Shown: positions 41,160-50,583 of the stretch, one piece after another
How the letters are laid out: the number at the start of each line of letters is the position of its first letter
Position numbering within the stretch: position 1 is the stretch's first letter
Source of the DNA: an uncultured delta proteobacterium
Lineage (GTDB): Bacteria > Myxococcota_A > Polyangia > Polyangiales > Houyiibacteriaceae
Direction of reading: 5' to 3'
Length of the DNA stretch: 64,000 nucleotides
Assembly (NCBI GenBank): GCA_963699755.1
Contig: CAVOVB010000010.1
Coordinates: 160,001 to 224,000 of the forward strand
Program-made: the position numbers and the translations under genes
Notes under the pieces: generated by a model
Seen by the model: only the letters and a program-made list of their open reading frames with translations
What the model was told of the DNA's origin: nothing
The model's database searches: none

Positions 41160-42233
41160 TCAGAACCGGGAGGGGTCGAGCGGCATGGCGCCCATGTCGA
41201 AGGGCGTGTCCGCCGTTGCTTCGGCAAACTTGGCGAGCTCGTCGGCGAGGAGCGTAGTCACCTGCGGCACACGAGTCCGCCGGCCTCTGTCGGCACGATG
41301 CTGCAGCACCGCAGCGGTGACCCGTTTCGGGCCGACGTCCCATTGCTTGCGCTCGGTCAACTGCCGGAGAAGCGAGGCGAGCACGGCCGCGTCGTTGAGT
41401 CGATCGTCCGGGTCCTTGGTAATCAACTTGCGTACGATGGCATCGGCCTCTTCACCTTCTTGCATCGTTCCTGCGAGCGCGGGCACTTCGCAGCGCGCAA
41501 TCGCCCGAATCGTTTCGCGCTCGCCGCGACCGCCGAACAAGGGGCGACCCGCCAACATCTCCCAAAAGACCACTCCGAGAGCAAACAGGTCAGCTCGATG
41601 ATCGCTGTCCTCGCGACGGATCACCTCCGGCGGGAGATAGCCGAGCTTGCCTCCAATCATGTCCTCGCCCCGCACGTGCTCGTGTACCGTGGCGTCAGCG
41701 AGACCGAAATCGGTGAGCTTGACCGCCCCGTCTACACCGAGGAGCACGTTCTGCGGTGAGACGTCCCGGTGCACGATCGCGAGCCCACGCCCAGTCGCGT
41801 CTCGGGCCCGATGCGCGTACGCCAGCGCTTTGGCGAGCTCTTGAACGACGTACACGGCGAACGGCACGCCCATCGAGCGCTTCGCGCCGTGCGCAGCGCG
41901 TGTGAGCGACCGCAGCGACTCTCCCTCGACGAGCTCCATCACCATGATGTACGTCCCGTCGATATCGCGCGCGTCGTAGACGCGAACGATGTTGGGATGG
42001 CGCAACAGCATCCCTAGTCGAGCCTCGTCGAGGAACATCGTGCGGAACAAGGTGTCCGCAATAGAAGGGATGACGCGCTTGATCGCAACCGGGTGCTTGC
42101 CCCCATCATCGAAGATCGCATTCGCCCGCCATACCTCCGCCATGCCGCCGACTGCGATCCGTTGGGTGGGCTCGTAGCGCGTAGGCGCCCTACGCAGCTC
42201 CATTGACAGATTGGGTTGCGGCTTCAGCCCCAT
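41160..42233 (-). CDS. Hanks-type Ser/Thr protein kinase (soluble)
   Basis: GGMAEVW, VAIK, HRDVSPQN, DFGLA, GKLGYLPPE, DLFALG; no TM segment. Confidence 0.95.
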   Translation of the reverse strand: MGLKPQPNLSMELRRAPTRYEPTQRIAVGGMAEVWRANAIFDDGGKHPVAIKRVIPSIADTLFRTMFLDEARLGMLLRHPNIVRVYDARDIDGTYIMVMELVEGESLRSLTRAAHGAKRSMGVPFAVYVVQELAKALAYAHRARDATGRGLAIVHRDVSPQNVLLGVDGAVKLTDFGLADATVHEHVRGEDMIGGKLGYLPPEVIRREDSDHRADLFALGVVFWEMLAGRPLFGGRGERETIRAIARCEVPALAGTMQEGEEADAIVRKLITKDPDDRLNDAAVLASLLRQLTERKQWDVGPKRVTAAVLQHRADRGRRTRVPQVTTLLADELAKFAEATADTPFDMGAMPLDPSRF

Positions 42234-42295
42234 GATGCGAGCGTGGCAAACTGTCCGGAACGCGTCAAACTACGTTCCTTCGCGAGCGCTCCATC

Positions 42296-45070
42296 ATGCG
42301 AGATCACCCCTACGCACCATTCATCGATCGCGTGCACAAACCCTCCCAATATCTTGGCGGCGAGCAGGGAATCACAAGCAAAGGCTGGGATACGGTGAGC
42401 TGCCGAATCTGCCTTGCCTTCCCCGACCTCTATGAAATCGGGATGAGTCACCTCGGCTACAAAATCATCTACGACGTCGTGAATCGGCAACAGGAGCTCT
42501 CGGCGGAACGGGCGTACGCGGTATGGGAAGACATGGAACGGGAGCTCCGTTCGCACCAGGTACCCCTATGCTCACTCGAGAGCGCCCGTCCCCTCCGGGA
42601 TTTCGACATCTTGGGCTTCTCCCTTCAATACGAGCTCACCTACACCAACATCCTGCAGATGCTCGAGCTCGGGTGTGTCCCGCTACGCGCAGACGAGCGC
42701 AACGATGCCGACCCGCTGGTAGTCGCCGGAGGACCGACCGCAACTCACGCTGAACCGATCGCACCTTTCATCGATGCGTTTTTCATCGGCGACGGTGAGG
42801 CCAAAGTCCCCCAGCTCATGCAAGCCTGGACCGAGATGAAACATGAAGGCCTGCCACGAGCGGAGCGGCTGCTTCGAGTCGCCAAGCTCGGCGGCTTCTA
42901 CGTGCCTTCGCTCTACCAGAGCGTGCCGACGGAGGAAACGAAGATTCATGTCGTTGAACCGGTCCACCCGGAGGCACCCTTCCCGGTTCGTCGCGCGATC
43001 GTCGAAGACTTGAACGACTTTCCCTTCCCTGTAGACGGTCCAATCGCCAACTGCCAGACGGTGTTCGACCGTGCTTCGATTGAGGTCGCCCGTGGTTGCA
43101 CCGAAGGCTGCCGGTTTTGCCAAGCCGGGATGATTTACCGCCCGGTCCGTGAGCGAAAGCCAAGGGCCATCATCGACGCCATGCTGCGATCGGTCTCTGA
43201 AGCGGGCTACGACGAAGCTTCCCTGACCTCCCTCTCCACCGCGGACTACAGCGCGATCGCACCGCTGGTCCACGAATCCATCGAGGCGCTAGCCCCGCAC
43301 CAGGTGTCCCTCAGCATCTCTTCGCTTCGCGCCTACGGGCTCAGCGAGGACGTCCTCGACGACATGAAACGACAGCGGGCGGGAGGCTTGACCTTCGCGC
43401 CTGAGGCCGGCAGCCAGCGCATGCGCGATGTGGTGAACAAGAACGTCACCGATGAGCAACTCATGGAAACCGCTGAGCGCGTGTTCTCGCGGGGCTGGAA
43501 CAAGATGAAGCTCTACTTCATGATCGGTCTGCCGAGCGAAAAAGATGAGGATGTTCGGGACATCGTGCGCACTGGCGCTAGGGCTCTCGATGTCGCCCGT
43601 CGGATTCAGCGAAGCAAGCGCGCGCGTGTAACGGTCAGCGTTTCGACGCACGTTCCGAAACCACACACTCCCTTTCAATGGTGCGCGATGGATTCCCAGG
43701 AGGAAATTCGCCGCAAGCAATCCATCCTTCGTCAGGAGGCTGACAGCACAGGCGTGCAACTCAAGATGCACAAATCCGATGGATCCTGGCTCGAAGGCAT
43801 GCTCGCACGGGGCGACCGCCGCTTGGCCTCGGTGATCCACGGAGCATACCTGCGCGGCGCGCGCTTCGACTCCTGGGATGAGAAGCTCGACCTCGACGCT
43901 TGGACCAGAACGCTCGAAGAGACGAAGATCGATCCCGCCTGGTTTCTCGGAACGATTCCTGTGTCCGCGAAGCTGGCCTGGTCTCACATCGACGTCGGGC
44001 TCGAGCATGGATTTCTAGCGCGAGAGTATCGCAAGGCGCTTCGCGACCGATTGAGCCCTCCGTGCGGCAAGACGGTCGGCAGCTTCGTGCATCACACGAA
44101 CGTGCAGGACGCAGAGGCCGAGAAGCGTCGCCTCGTCTGCTACGACTGCGGCATCGCCTGCGACCTGACCCGGATGAAGGATGAAAGGATCCAACACCTG
44201 AGGAGCATGAACGCGCTTGCGCCCCTAGAGGCACCCCATTGTCCTCAGCACGCCGACGACGACCTAGTCGACCGGCGCCCGCTCCATGGCGTCGACCAGG
44301 GTCCCGCGATGCGCGTCCGACTCGGCTACCGAAAGCTCGGCCGTACGGCCTACGCGTCTCACCTCGATCTCGTGCGTAGCTTCCCGCGGATGCTTCGACG
44401 CTTGGGGCTTCCCCTCTTTTACAGCGAAGGCTTTCGTCCGCTCCCGCGCCTCACCTTTGGGCCCGCGCTTCCCGTCGGAACCGCCAGCCTTTGCGAGCAC
44501 GTCGACATCAGGCTTCGAGCTTCCGAGAACCCCGACCTCGAACGACTCTGTGAGCGATTGAACCAAGTTGCAATCGATGGAATCGAGTTCTTCGGCCACA
44601 GGGTCCTCGGCCCTCACGACGCCGCCCTCAACCGGGTGATCGAGGAAACCGAGTTCGTCGTCGCGTTGTCGAAGCACGAGCTCGCGAGTCTCGGCATCGC
44701 AGATGAGGCAGCGCTAAAAGCGATACTGAGCAAGCGACCGTCCGAGCTCCACATCGATCGAGACATCAAGGGCGTGAAGAAGCGCGTCGACGTCGGCGCC
44801 GCTCTCATCGACATCCGTGTCGGCGAAGGCGAGGAAGCGCTAGCCGAGGCTGGCCTCGCGGGCGCTTTGTTGCCGGTGACCATCAGGCTCCGTCTCGGGG
44901 GCAAGACCACACCCCGCCCCGGCGAGGTACTTCGGGCGCTGACGGGAATGGACGAGCGCACCCCTCGGGTGGTGCGGACCGGACTATTCGCGTTGCGGAG
45001 CGCTGGCCCGGTCGCGCCCTTGCAGTTGGAGTCCCTTCGCATCAAGTCACCTCTACAGGCTGCTGAATGA
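42296..45070 (+). CDS. Radical SAM protein (TIGR03960-like) fused to a radical-SAM-linked domain (TIGR03936/DUF2344-like)
   Basis: FPDLYEIGMSHLG, RGCTEGCRFCQAG (CxxxCxxC), FAPEAGSQRMR, PKPHTPFQW; C-terminal SHLDL...YSEGF.P.PRLTFGPALPVG. Confidence 0.9.
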   Translation: MRDHPYAPFIDRVHKPSQYLGGEQGITSKGWDTVSCRICLAFPDLYEIGMSHLGYKIIYDVVNRQQELSAERAYAVWEDMERELRSHQVPLCSLESARPLRDFDILGFSLQYELTYTNILQMLELGCVPLRADERNDADPLVVAGGPTATHAEPIAPFIDAFFIGDGEAKVPQLMQAWTEMKHEGLPRAERLLRVAKLGGFYVPSLYQSVPTEETKIHVVEPVHPEAPFPVRRAIVEDLNDFPFPVDGPIANCQTVFDRASIEVARGCTEGCRFCQAGMIYRPVRERKPRAIIDAMLRSVSEAGYDEASLTSLSTADYSAIAPLVHESIEALAPHQVSLSISSLRAYGLSEDVLDDMKRQRAGGLTFAPEAGSQRMRDVVNKNVTDEQLMETAERVFSRGWNKMKLYFMIGLPSEKDEDVRDIVRTGARALDVARRIQRSKRARVTVSVSTHVPKPHTPFQWCAMDSQEEIRRKQSILRQEADSTGVQLKMHKSDGSWLEGMLARGDRRLASVIHGAYLRGARFDSWDEKLDLDAWTRTLEETKIDPAWFLGTIPVSAKLAWSHIDVGLEHGFLAREYRKALRDRLSPPCGKTVGSFVHHTNVQDAEAEKRRLVCYDCGIACDLTRMKDERIQHLRSMNALAPLEAPHCPQHADDDLVDRRPLHGVDQGPAMRVRLGYRKLGRTAYASHLDLVRSFPRMLRRLGLPLFYSEGFRPLPRLTFGPALPVGTASLCEHVDIRLRASENPDLERLCERLNQVAIDGIEFFGHRVLGPHDAALNRVIEETEFVVALSKHELASLGIADEAALKAILSKRPSELHIDRDIKGVKKRVDVGAALIDIRVGEGEEALAEAGLAGALLPVTIRLRLGGKTTPRPGEVLRALTGMDERTPRVVRTGLFALRSAGPVAPLQLESLRIKSPLQAAE

Positions 45071-45681
45071 CCGACCGTTTCGACATCTTGCGCAGTTGGG
45101 TTCGCCTCGCGGCGGACCGGGCTGTGGACCGCCTCACCAGCACCAAACTCGCCGCAGCGACGAAGCAGGTGCTCGAACGTCTAATCCAGCAGCGATGGCG
45201 ATTGAGCGACGAGTTGCTGACCGCCGCGGCAGCTCACGCAGAAGGCGTCGATTCCGCGATGGTTTCCTGTCGCTCGGGCAGGATGTTCGTGGACGCATCG
45301 ATGACCAACGGCAGGGAGGTCCAGTTCAGCTTGGCGCCACACGCCGTTCGGTTTGCACCCCGAGGCGCCAAAGAAATTTCCTTCGACGTCGAGCCTCCAG
45401 ATGCGCACGACACTTCGATCGTCGGCGCCCTGGCGGCCTGCATCGCGAGGGCGACTTGGCCGATGATCGCGTCGCCGGACTTAGGCGACCTGGGCGGCGC
45501 CATCGTCGAGCGTGAAAGCGCCGGCCGCCTGCGAGTCGACCTCCGAAGCGTTCCCGCCGTCCGCCGTTTCGCGTCCACCCAAGCCGCTGCCATGGTATTC
45601 GACCTGCTCGAGCTCGAATCAATCCGGGTAGAGGCGGGCGCCCTCGCCCTGAAGCTCAAGCTCCCGCAGCTAGCGCCGTAG
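45067..45681 (+). CDS. Hypothetical protein
   Basis: 204-aa ORF with an ATGA overlap on the radical SAM stop codon; no recognised motif. Confidence 0.7.
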   Translation: MTDRFDILRSWVRLAADRAVDRLTSTKLAAATKQVLERLIQQRWRLSDELLTAAAAHAEGVDSAMVSCRSGRMFVDASMTNGREVQFSLAPHAVRFAPRGAKEISFDVEPPDAHDTSIVGALAACIARATWPMIASPDLGDLGGAIVERESAGRLRVDLRSVPAVRRFASTQAAAMVFDLLELESIRVEAGALALKLKLPQLAP

Positions 45682-45712
45682 TTCGACCCTCTGTTGGACG
45701 CCTGGCAGGACT

Positions 45713-47386
45713 TTACAGCTCTTCTCTCCATTTCTGCGACAGCGCGACCTCGGCCTTGTAATCGTCGACTGAGTGCTGACGCTCCTCTTCGGACCAGCCA
45801 ATCAGCTCCGCCATCCGAGTCGCGACCTTTTCGACGGAGCCGAGCCCCTGCTCGAAGTCCCGGAAGAAGATCTGCGTCCGCCGAATCATCACGTCGCTGA
45901 CGCTTGCGGCAAGCTCTTCCCGAACTCCGAAATCGACCTGCGCCATGATCTCCAAGCGTCCAGGCACGATCGGCTCGGCCAGAGCAGGATCGGCCTCGCA
46001 GAGCTTGGCAAGCTCGAGCGCCCGCATGCCGTAAGTATCGACCAAATGGCGGCCAACTTCTTTCGAGAGCGCGCAATCACATTGCGCCGCCATTTCGACC
46101 ACCACCCTCTCGTGGTCATCATCTTCGGGCCAGCCGACCGCTCCCGGAAGCGGAAACTTGAAGGTTTGGCCGGACCGGAGGTGTTCGGGAAGCGCACCCG
46201 AGAGCTTGAGCAAATTGACGGCCACATCCACGCACTCTTTTGCCATCTTCCGATAGGTCGTGAGCTTGCCGCCGGCAATGGTGATCAAGCCATCTTCGCC
46301 GATGACGATCTGATGCTCGCGGCTGACCTGCGACTCGGACATTTCTCCGAGCTCGGGTTCGGGCGCGATGAGCGGGCGCAGCCCGGCCCAGGTGGAGATC
46401 ACGTCGTCATGACGAATTTTCTTGGTTGGGAAGTAGTAATTCGAGGCGTCGATGAGGTAGTCGACGTCTGCGAGCGTTGCGGCCTCTCGGCCGGGTGCGC
46501 CGTCGTAGTCGGTGTCGGTCGTGCCTATATAGGTGCGTTCGCCCCAGGGTAGTGCGAAGAGAACACGATCGTCTTCTGGATGGAAGAGCACGACGGCATG
46601 CTCGACCGGAAGCTTCTCCCGCTCAACGACGATGTGAATACCCTTGGTCGGACGGAGCATCTTGCTCTTTCGCGGGCCGCTCATCGCCAGCACCTCGTCC
46701 GTCCATGGACCGGTTGCATTGATGACCGTGTGTGCCTTCACCTCGCGAAGGCTTCGGTCGCGCTGGTTCTTCACGACCACTCCGGAAACGCGGCCTTGGT
46801 CGTTCTTGGTGAGCGCTTCGACACGAGCCCAGTTCACCACCACGCCGCCGTTTTGGATCGCATCGATGATCGTTTCGAGCGTGAGCCGAGCGTCGTCTGT
46901 GGAGCAGTCGTAGTAGACGGGAGCGCCTTGCAGTCCCTCCTGCTTGAGGAGCGGCTCCTCTTCGGCGACCTCACTGGGTTTCAAGGTGCGGTGGCGCTTC
47001 GGCGAACGAAACAGCGCCAGGCCATCGTAGAGCCACATGCCGGCGCTGATCATGCGCAAGCTCTTTCGCGAGCCCTGAAAGACGGGAAACAAGAAGGCGA
47101 GCGGATTCACGAGATGCGGCGCGAGGTCCATGACGACACGGCGCTCGCTCACCGACTCGAAGACCAAGCTGAACTCGTAGCTCTCGAGGTAGCGGAGCCC
47201 TCCGTGGATGAGCTTGCTAGAACGGGAGCTCGTTCCGTACGCGATGTCGTTTTGCTCGAACAGCGCCACGCGCATTCCGCGCCGCGCCGCATCTCGTACG
47301 ATCCCGGCGCCTGTAATACCGCCGCCAATGACGACGAGGTCGACTTCTTCGGGGACTTGCTCCCACATCTCTTCACGCGAAGGCAT
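45713..47386 (-). CDS. glpD: FAD-dependent glycerol-3-phosphate dehydrogenase
   Basis: Start MPSREEMW at 47386; IGGGITGAG, GTSSRSSKLIHGGLRYLE, DDARL, NATGPW, GTTD, GLRPL, GGKLTTYR. Confidence 0.93.
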   Translation of the reverse strand: MPSREEMWEQVPEEVDLVVIGGGITGAGIVRDAARRGMRVALFEQNDIAYGTSSRSSKLIHGGLRYLESYEFSLVFESVSERRVVMDLAPHLVNPLAFLFPVFQGSRKSLRMISAGMWLYDGLALFRSPKRHRTLKPSEVAEEEPLLKQEGLQGAPVYYDCSTDDARLTLETIIDAIQNGGVVVNWARVEALTKNDQGRVSGVVVKNQRDRSLREVKAHTVINATGPWTDEVLAMSGPRKSKMLRPTKGIHIVVEREKLPVEHAVVLFHPEDDRVLFALPWGERTYIGTTDTDYDGAPGREAATLADVDYLIDASNYYFPTKKIRHDDVISTWAGLRPLIAPEPELGEMSESQVSREHQIVIGEDGLITIAGGKLTTYRKMAKECVDVAVNLLKLSGALPEHLRSGQTFKFPLPGAVGWPEDDDHERVVVEMAAQCDCALSKEVGRHLVDTYGMRALELAKLCEADPALAEPIVPGRLEIMAQVDFGVREELAASVSDVMIRRTQIFFRDFEQGLGSVEKVATRMAELIGWSEEERQHSVDDYKAEVALSQKWREEL

Positions 47387-48000
47387 CAGGGTTCTCCTAG
47401 GATGTTCTGTTCTTCCAAGTAACGAATCACGAGACCAGCCGCTTCGTCGACGCTGAGGTGCGCGGTCTGAAGGCGAATCTCCGGATGCTCCGGAGCTTCG
47501 TACGGCGCGTCGAGCCCCGTGAAGTTCGAAATCTCGCCCGCCCTGGCCTTTTTGTATAGACCCTTCGGATCGCGCGCCTCGCAGATCTCGAGGGGGGTGT
47601 CGACGAACACTTCGATGAACTCGCCGGGCTTCATCAACCCGCGCACGCGGTCGCGGTCCGTCCGGTAGGGAGAAATGAAGGCCGACAGGACCAAACCACC
47701 GGCGTCTACAAAGAGTCGCGCAACCTCCCCGATGCGCCGAATGTTCTCGACCCTGTCTTCTGGAGCGAAGCCGAGATCGCTGTTGAGCCCTTGCCTTATA
47801 TTGTCGCCGTCGAGCACGTAGGCGAAGGCGCCGCGCTCGATCAGCATCCGCTCGACGCGATGCCCGATGGTGCTCTTGCCAGACCCCGAAAGGCCCGTGA
47901 ACCACAGGACGGCGCCACGATGCCCGTGTGCGGCCGCGCGGGCCTCCGGGTCGACCTCGCCGATGTGCCAGGTCAGGTTTTCGGACTTGGGCGCGCTCAT
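47386..48000 (-). CDS. cysC: Adenylyl-sulfate kinase
   Basis: [53 protein letters not shown]. Confidence 0.96.
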   Translation of the reverse strand: MSAPKSENLTWHIGEVDPEARAAAHGHRGAVLWFTGLSGSGKSTIGHRVERMLIERGAFAYVLDGDNIRQGLNSDLGFAPEDRVENIRRIGEVARLFVDAGGLVLSAFISPYRTDRDRVRGLMKPGEFIEVFVDTPLEICEARDPKGLYKKARAGEISNFTGLDAPYEAPEHPEIRLQTAHLSVDEAAGLVIRYLEEQNILGEP

Positions 48001-48036
48001 GGCGCGGAACATAGCCTCGCTCCCCCGGGGAGCAAG

Positions 48037-49050
48037 CTAGTCGGCAAGCAGCTCCGCCAGGGCCAGCACCGTCAGCGGAGAGGAGCCCTCGGCCTTGTTG
48101 TTCACGATCACGTAGCACTCGATGTCGCGCTCGAGGGCAGCTCGAACCAGCCGGACGACGTCCTGCCGCATCTCGGACTGGGGCTCGACCAATCGGTCGA
48201 AGGGAGCGTATGCCTCTTTGAGCTCTGCGTAGCGCTGCCCAGGGGGTAGCAGCAGCCGAATGACGAGCGGCGAGGCTCCGACCAAGCCATCGACACGCAT
48301 TTGGTCGGCGATCCGGGGCATCCGCGACCAGTAATTGAAAACGTGACTGGCACCGTGCTTCTGAAGCGTCCTCGCATATTGGGTGGTCAGCAACTTGCGA
48401 TCGCGAAGCTCGACTGCGAAAGGAAAGTCTTTCGGCGCAGCCTCGAGAAATGCGTCGAGCTTCTCGCAGAACCAAGTCGGGTCGAGCGGCGATGGGGACG
48501 GCGCAATCTCGACGATCCATGGGCCCATGTGCCGACTGAAGGCCCTGCGCGCCGGCTCGTGGACCGCGTGCGCAAAGAGCTCCGCATCGAGAAAGCTAGG
48601 ATTCTCCTTGCCGGCGTCCTCTCCGTAGCGATGGTGTCTCGGGTACCCCGGCATCGTGACGCGTTGCCATACTTTCACGGCGGCGCGGAAGTCATCGGGA
48701 AGCAGCCGAGAGTATGCCGCAAGCTCTTCCTCGGGAACAGGCTGGTAATAGCCTCGATCCACGCCGACCGTTCTCATCAGTGGGTGCTGGGCGTACTCGC
48801 CCAGAGATTCGCGAAGAAAGGCGCGCTGGTTCGCATACCGCCGGCGATAGACGAGGCCGGCCCATCCAGGAAAGGTCCAGCTCGATGTGCCGAAGCGAAG
48901 CTTCGAAGGAAGGCGGTCGCGAATCGATTCGAGCTCACGCTGCGCGTCCTCAACCAGATCGGCAGCCTGTTGCCCGGGCTGGTCGAAGAGCCCGAGCTGC
49001 GACTCCTCGTCGCCAAAAAGAGGGCTCTTAGGGCGCCGCCGCCGAGTCAT
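48037..49050 (-). CDS. DUF72 family protein
   Basis: FGTSSWTFPGW.G..Y, TVGVDRGYY, VK, AVELR, VNNKAEG. Confidence 0.85.
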   Translation of the reverse strand: MTRRRRPKSPLFGDEESQLGLFDQPGQQAADLVEDAQRELESIRDRLPSKLRFGTSSWTFPGWAGLVYRRRYANQRAFLRESLGEYAQHPLMRTVGVDRGYYQPVPEEELAAYSRLLPDDFRAAVKVWQRVTMPGYPRHHRYGEDAGKENPSFLDAELFAHAVHEPARRAFSRHMGPWIVEIAPSPSPLDPTWFCEKLDAFLEAAPKDFPFAVELRDRKLLTTQYARTLQKHGASHVFNYWSRMPRIADQMRVDGLVGASPLVIRLLLPPGQRYAELKEAYAPFDRLVEPQSEMRQDVVRLVRAALERDIECYVIVNNKAEGSSPLTVLALAELLAD

Positions 49051-50159
49051 TCCTGACCGTTACGCCGAACTGCGATGTTGTGCTGACGAAGCGTCTTGCT
49101 GAAGTGGTGCTGCCCTCCGCCCCGTGCGACGAAGTAGAAGTATTCATGCTTTTCCGGTTTGATGACCGCAGCGATTGACGCCGCTCCCGGATTGCTGATC
49201 GGACCTGGTGGCAGCCCCGAATGCCGATAGGTGTTGTACGGGTTTTCGGCATCGTCCAGCATCGCCCGGGTGATTTGGCCGTCGTAGCCCGCGCACGATG
49301 GCGCGGCTTCGGGGACTGACATACAACCGTATTGGACCGTTGGATCGGCTTGAAGTCGTCGACGCGGCAAGAAGCGGCGGGAGTTCAGTCGGTTCCAAAA
49401 CACGCCGGCGATCCTGGCCCGCTCTGCCGGCACCGCGGCTTCTTTTTCGACGATGGAAGCCAAGGTGATGATGTCGTGCGTCGTCCAGTCCTTCAGCTGG
49501 GCGAGCTCTGCGGCATACTTCTCCTCGAGCTCTTCGTACCTGCGAGTCCAGTTCGCCAACATCCGTTCGACGACTCGTCTGGGCTTGGTCTGATCGTCGA
49601 ACTCGTAGGTATCGGGAAAGAGATACCCCTCGGCGTCGTTGGCTTCGACACCATAGCTCGCAAGCAGGGCCGCATCTTCGCTCGCATCGAGAAAATCGTC
49701 CGCCGAGCAAACCCCGTACTCTTCGAGGCGGTCCGCGATCTCGAATCGTGAAAAACCTTCCGGGATCAGCAGCCGCACCTGAATGCGGCCCAGGCGCGTC
49801 GTCGCGTGACGCGCAACCTCTTCGGGTGTCATCGGCACGCGGAACCGCACCTTGCCTTGACGAAGGTGCCGGTCGAGGCCGCGCATGCGCATGTAGAGAG
49901 ACCAGACTCTCGGGTCATCGATGACCCCTTCGCTCCTGAGCTCCCCGGCGAGCTTGCGGAGGGTCGTCCCTTCCGAAACCTCGATCACGACTTCCTCGAC
50001 CCCCGCGGAAGGGCCCCCGCTATCGGGGTAGATGACGAACAGCCAGCCGAGCGCGCCGAGAAGGCCGAGGATGGCGATCAGCGTGACGAGGCTAAGGGCT
50101 CGTCCGATGGTCGCTCCAACGTCGCTCTCCACCTTGATGGGCTGTCCGGGTCCTTCCAC
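49047..50159 (-). CDS. mltG: Endolytic transglycosylase
   Basis: N-terminal TM, IPEG, EGYLFPDTY, LASIVEKE, LQADPTVQY, PYNTY...GLPPGPISNPG, YFYFV. Confidence 0.95.
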   Translation of the reverse strand: MEGPGQPIKVESDVGATIGRALSLVTLIAILGLLGALGWLFVIYPDSGGPSAGVEEVVIEVSEGTTLRKLAGELRSEGVIDDPRVWSLYMRMRGLDRHLRQGKVRFRVPMTPEEVARHATTRLGRIQVRLLIPEGFSRFEIADRLEEYGVCSADDFLDASEDAALLASYGVEANDAEGYLFPDTYEFDDQTKPRRVVERMLANWTRRYEELEEKYAAELAQLKDWTTHDIITLASIVEKEAAVPAERARIAGVFWNRLNSRRFLPRRRLQADPTVQYGCMSVPEAAPSCAGYDGQITRAMLDDAENPYNTYRHSGLPPGPISNPGAASIAAVIKPEKHEYFYFVARGGGQHHFSKTLRQHNIAVRRNGQE

Positions 50160-50168
50160 GCTCCGACC

Positions 50169-50582
50169 TCAATTGGCGTCTAGATACCCTTGTAGCAAAA
50201 TTGTCGCCGCTGATTGATCGACAACTTCACGGCCTTTGGCCCCTCGGCGACCCATTGCACGGAGTGAGCGCTCCGCCGCCACGGTGGTCAGGCGCTCGTC
50301 CCAGAACCTGACCTCGACGCCGAGTACTCGTCCGAGGATTTCGCCGAAGGCCCGCGCGCGCCGGGCTGCCTCCCCTTCGCTGCCATCGAGTCGTAGAGGT
50401 AGCCCTACCACGGCCAAGCCAACATCGTCATCACGGAGCGCGTGCAGCACCCTTCTTGCTGCCTCTTCGGGGCTGCCCCGCGCCTGAACAGTCTCTCGGG
50501 GAAAGGCGATCGAGCGGAGCTCGTCCGAGATCGCGATGCCTATCCGGGCCTCGCCCGGGTCGATTCCGACGATTCGACTCAT
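50169..50582 (-). CDS. ruvX: YqgF/RuvX family nuclease (pre-16S rRNA nuclease)
   Basis: IVGIDPGEARIGIAISD, VVGLP, WDERLTT, VDQSAATILLQGYLD. Confidence 0.93.
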   Translation of the reverse strand: MSRIVGIDPGEARIGIAISDELRSIAFPRETVQARGSPEEAARRVLHALRDDDVGLAVVGLPLRLDGSEGEAARRARAFGEILGRVLGVEVRFWDERLTTVAAERSLRAMGRRGAKGREVVDQSAATILLQGYLDAN

Positions 50583-50583
50583 T

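Noticed and set aside
47387..48520. 935-aa GlpD 'fusion'
   Set aside because: The upstream part overlaps cysC and the DUF72 gene in another frame and is low-complexity; GlpD starts at 47386.
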